A DNA stretch of 63,396 nucleotides, counting the filler, from Octopus bimaculoides (Eukaryota), in the NCBI RefSeq assembly GCF_001194135.2. It is 6 parts of 6 records of this genome, joined end to end, with 100 filler letters (N's around TTAATTAATTAA, not from the genome) between each part and the next. Parts side by side here need not be neighbours in the genome. Positions count along the whole stretch, not along the records: positions 55,592 to 62,168 come from NC_068989.1; positions 62,269 to 63,396 come from NW_026345903.1; 4 more parts are not named here. One strand, given 5' to 3'. Under the pieces are notes generated by a model that had not been told where the DNA came from, searched no databases, and was given only the letters and a program-made list of their open reading frames with translations. Both the position numbers and the translations under genes were made by a program. Positions 59,071 to 63,396 of the stretch are shown here, piece by piece. Numbering within the stretch: the stretch's first letter is position 1; the number at the start of each line of letters is the position of its first letter.

Positions 59071-59389
59071 TTGTGTTTCTTAATAATATAAAATTAATTC
59101 AAGACAGGAATACTGTTTACAGTATCCAGTGTTCTTTAACGTCTGAATACAGCCTAATGCTATATCGATGATTCTGACTTAAACGTCTCTGTGAATAAGC
59201 GCTGTCAATGCCCGCCGTGCTGCTGCGCTAACCAGGCCGTGACGGCTGAGGTACGCGCTAATTGGTTAAAAAGTTCGTATGAATAAGGCACTGCCAATAT
59301 CCACTGTGTTGGAGCGCTCACCAAACCACATCTAAGCCGTACGCTGATTGGTAATATGCCACGCGGTTTCACTATATTGTTCACAGATA

Positions 59390-60960
59390 AGTAAGTCTTT
59401 CCTTGCAGTCGCTCAAGACCATTCTGTCTATCAGAAGTTCGTCTTTTGTCCCTCGACTTCCCTTCTGCACTCTTCTGTTCCACTGCCAGTTTGTCATTAA
59501 TTTCCAGGAAGTTATACAAGTAATTAGATATTATTCCAGTCATCAGCTTCCACGTCAGGGGAAGACAGGTGATAGGCCGGTAATTATCCACTGCGTTGCC
59601 TTTGATGGGATCCTTTCGGCAAACAATTGTTTTACCTGTGGTCAGCTACTTTGGCATTTGTACACCGTTGTTGATCGTTTTATGCATTTGAGTGTCTATT
59701 TTTCTGTGTAGTGCTGGATAACTTTCCATCCAATATCCTTGTACCGCGTCCAGTCCTTGGCATTTCTAGTTTGGGATATATGTTGTCTGTTCGGTTACCA
59801 TTCTAATATTGCTCTGATTCACTTCATATTTTTCCGACCTTAATTCCCTCAAACATTTAGCATCTTTGTTATGCTTCCTTCCACTCCAAAACCTTCTACT
59901 TTCTCCAGTATCTGGTCTCACATTGCTATTAACCTCTCCATCCAGCTGTTGATAAAGTCTTTTCAGGTCTTGTTGGAACAACCTGTTGATTTTATATTGT
60001 TCAATTCTTTTGGACACACCTCTTGATCTTTGTCGCTTTAGCCCACAATCTTTGTTTCAGCTCTTCAAAAACTATATTTAGCCCCTTTTTCTTTATCATC
60101 TATCTGTTCTAGTTCCTGATATTTCTCCCCTCTCTTGATTTCACTTATTTTCTTTCTTTCCAAGGTGTCGATATGTTTTCGTAGTTGGTTCATTGATTGT
60201 TTTATTCTTTTCCACCAAAGCTGTTTTTCGTCATTCCCACATTTACGATTTGGTTCGAGGTTTACTTTATTTCCTATATAGATGATGCAGGCTTTCATCA
60301 ATCTATTTGTTCCGGTAATATTATTTGTTTTGATTTCTTTTAATATTTTATACACCTTAAGGGTCCACTCACATGTTTTCGTAGTTGGTTCATTGATTGT
60401 TTTGTTCTTTTCCACCAAAGCTGTTTTTCGTCATTCCCACATTTACGATTTGGTTCGAGGTTTACTTTATTTCCTATATAGATGATGCAAGCTTTCATCA
60501 ATCTATTTGTTCCGGTAATATTATTTGTTTTGATTTCTTTTAATATTTTATACACCTTAAGGGTCCACTCACTGAGCAAATTTCTACCTTCTTTCCCGAA
60601 ACCATTTATTTCCATATCCAGGTCTTCCTCAATGATATTGGTAATGCCTTCAATCATTCCTTTCTCCTCATTATTGATTCCTTCTCTACACTAAGGGATT
60701 GAGACATTATACTTCTCCCAGTTACTCTTATTAAGTGCAGCCTCGTCAGCATTCTCTGTTTCTAATCTGAGTTGCTCCCCATGATTTCAATCATCACCCT
60801 CTTCCTAGTCCCATCGAGTTCTAGTACTGTTAGCCGTCTTTTTTTCATTATTGCTCTTACCTGGTCACAGTCTCTGTTCCGTAATGTCTCAGACCTGCTT
60901 CTCCATCCATATGTTATGCATCGACTTTCTGTATCCTCTTAATGGTTCTCGGTTCATTAT
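59390..60960 (-). mobile_element. Dong/R4-clade LINE fragment (N-terminal region to RT start) with an internal 200-bp tandem duplication
   Basis: RIEQYKINRLFQQDLKRLYQQLDG, ESRRFWS and DNYRPITCLPLTWKLMTGII...EQK are homologous to the 28-30 kb copy. Confidence 0.87.
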
Positions 60961-61279
60961 CAGTGGGTCTGCTCAAAAACTAATATAGCATGTCAATTAG
61001 CAGCCGTATAATGACGACTGGGCCTGTGCGGCTCACGCACAAGGGACATGCCGAGCGAAAGTACGTCACTTGTAGATCCGTCGTCATTTACGCGTTTGTT
61101 TGTGTTAATTTTATTATTCATAACTTTCATGCAGAGGAAAGTGTTGATACGGTGTCACAACCACCAGTATTTTTATCGAGACACTTTCTCTAGAGGGGTT
61201 TGTCTAAAAAGACTCAAAGAGGCCCTTCTCCTCTTAGAAGTTTAAATGAGCTAGCCTGCGCTGGACTATTATCATTATT

Positions 61280-61813
61280 ATTGAGAAAGCAGTGCGTGCC
61301 ATCAAAGTGACACTGGGGTAAAATATACGAATCCCAATATACCCACCATGACTAGCCGTCTGATAAGGGTACACTAGACACATGCATCATAACCATATAT
61401 GCGGGACATTGTGACATCATATCAAGGTAAACATCGCATGATCTTGCAGGTGGGACCCAGTTAGAATTTTCTTCAGGTTGAGTAGCCCATTCTGCTCAAA
61501 AGATCCCTGAATACGGTTTGTTTAAGAATGTTGAACAAAACATAAAAGTTTCCAGAGGTGAATTATTCAAACCCCAAAGAATTTCCTCTCAGCACATGGC
61601 TATGATGCAACCCCACTACATCTGCTCGTGATCAAAGATGCACATATCATCAGCCACTAAGAGACATGCTCAACTGACTAAGGTCAAACAACTGACAAGC
61701 AAATCTATGGTATTGAGCAGAATATTTGTTACCAAAACAAAACAATGTACATGATAATACTTAACAGTTAAGATGAGAAGCCATGAGAGCCACTGTCTGG
61801 TACTGCATCAAGA

Positions 61814-61815
<2 letters not shown>
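61280..61815. other. Unclassified ~530-bp repeat-like segment bounded by (ATT)n tracts
   Basis: Higher complexity than its flanks and sandwiched between att repeats; no ORF recognised. Confidence 0.35.
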
Positions 61816-61845
<30 letters not shown>

Positions 61846-61847
<2 letters not shown>

Positions 61848-62168
61848 TAGTTTTATTTTTATAACGTGCTTTCACTTCACTACCGAGCGCAGCTCTGTGC
61901 GCCTTGGGTATGTGCTGTGGTTTGCTGTGGTGCTCTTATGTTTACTGTATTGAAAGTGTTTTGCGTAGGATGTGTGCAGTACCCAGTAGTGCAATTTTCT
62001 GTATATTATATATATTTGTAAGTCCTGCTATTTTTGTTATGTATTTGTCTGAATATTTTTTTTATTATACCTAAGGCACCTACTATGATAGGAATTGTTT
62101 CTGTTTTTAGATTCCACATTCGAGTTATCTCTATTTCCAGGTCTTTGTATTTTGAAAGTATTTCCATT
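61846..62168 (-). mobile_element. Dong/R4 LINE 3' end joined to (AAT)n
   Basis: KYKDLEIEITRMWNLKTETIPIIVGALGII...IQKIALLGTAHILRKTLSIQ*, then a short UTR ending aaaataaaactactg(aat)n. Confidence 0.9.
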
Positions 62169-62548
62169 NNNNNNNNNNNNNNNNNNNNNNNNNNNNNNNN
62201 NNNNNNNNNNNNTTAATTAATTAANNNNNNNNNNNNNNNNNNNNNNNNNNNNNNNNNNNNNNNNNNNNTATTTATATATATATATTTATATATAAACAAA
62301 CACTTATATAGGCAGAACATTTCTTGTGTTTCGCTTGTCTCTTCCTGTGTGCACGTGTACGTGTATCCAGCAGTCGTTAATAAATAGAACCTAATCATAT
62401 ATAATTAACAGTTAGACAAATACAACTATACAACAACATCACCATCATCATCAACAACAACAATAACAACAAAAGCAAAAACAACTAAAATGCAAAACTG
62501 GAATAANNNNNNNNNNNNNNNNNNNNNNNNNNNNNNNNNNNNNNNNNN

Positions 62549-62565
62549 GTGTGCTCTTCCGATCT
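62549..62565 (+). other. Illumina TruSeq adapter remnant
   Basis: GTGTGCTCTTCCGATCT immediately after an N gap. Confidence 0.93.
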
Positions 62566-62566
62566 T

Positions 62567-62597
<31 letters not shown>

Positions 62598-63129
62598 ACA
62601 ATAAGAAAAACAATTTAAAAACGAACAAAAGAGAACTAAGCTGTAATGCGAGTTCCTCATCTAACATTCAGCCTCCGGGATTAAGATGTCTTCGGTAAGT
62701 TGTAATGAATTAGTAATTATAATGTGACTCAAGAACCGTTTCTTTAGAACTTTTATTTTATCTTGTTATTGGTGGTTCATTGCAATGTTTGTTTCTGTAA
62801 AGATCAAATTTCTAACAGAAAATAGAAACCAAAACCAGAAAAAAAATAAGCCACAAAAAACAACAACAAAAAACAAACAAACAAACAACGACTACAACAA
62901 AACATCAATACTAGCAGCACCACCATCGTTAACAACAACGAGAAAATAAACCAGTAACAATAACAACAACAAAACATTTATATAAACAACAACAAAATAT
63001 ATATAAGGCAACAATACAAAAAAGCATAAACGTAAAACTAATCAAACGCGTATTTTGAAGATTATTGATAAAAAATAATAAGGATATTGATAACAATATA
63101 AAAACGATAATGCTAATAAATATAATAAA

Positions 63130-63265
63130 AGTAGTAAGTTATTTTATAATGCTGTTAATAACGTTAATAATGATAATGATAGTATCAACGGGAACAACAA
63201 CAACAACAGGGACAACGATGAAAATGATGATGATGGTGATGATGATGATGATGATGGTGAGGATG

Positions 63266-63301
<36 letters not shown>

Positions 63302-63396
63302 GTGGTGGCGATGATTATGACGACGCCGATGATGATGATTATGAGTATGATGATGATGATGATGACGATGATGATGATAACGATGATGATGATGAT
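63130..63396. repeat. (GAT)n-rich microsatellite
   Basis: Read directly from the sequence. Confidence 0.95.

Overview
This is AT-rich, microsatellite-dense eukaryotic genomic DNA. The SINE and LINE families look cephalopod-like (probably Octopus; inference, no database search run). I found no supportable host protein-coding gene, rRNA, true tRNA gene or CRISPR array. Nearly all long ORFs in the track are translations of simple repeats or N gaps. The window is a graveyard of mobile elements: RTE LINEs carrying a PHD-type finger inside ORF2, Dong/R4 RLE LINEs, a Tx1/L1-like relic, CR1-like fragments, Penelope GIY-YIG relics, mariner, DD37D (maT), pogo-like and hAT DNA transposons, Gypsy relics, and four tRNA-derived SINE families. 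There is a clean three-level nest: a Gypsy LTR element inside a hAT inside an RTE. The most striking signal is a set of ORF-less mini-elements carrying Type I hammerhead ribozyme motifs (54.1-54.7 kb, 58.07-58.73 kb, plus a copy at 13.3 kb). The two main loci share one architecture: an inverted 5' segment, then slightly more than one ~330-350 nt monomer. That fits a retrozyme/Penelope-like circular-RNA retroelement. Caveats: five 44N-TTAATTAATTAA-44N spacers and an Illumina adapter remnant show the window is stitched from contigs. Boundaries of degenerate elements are approximate, and identities were estimated by eye.
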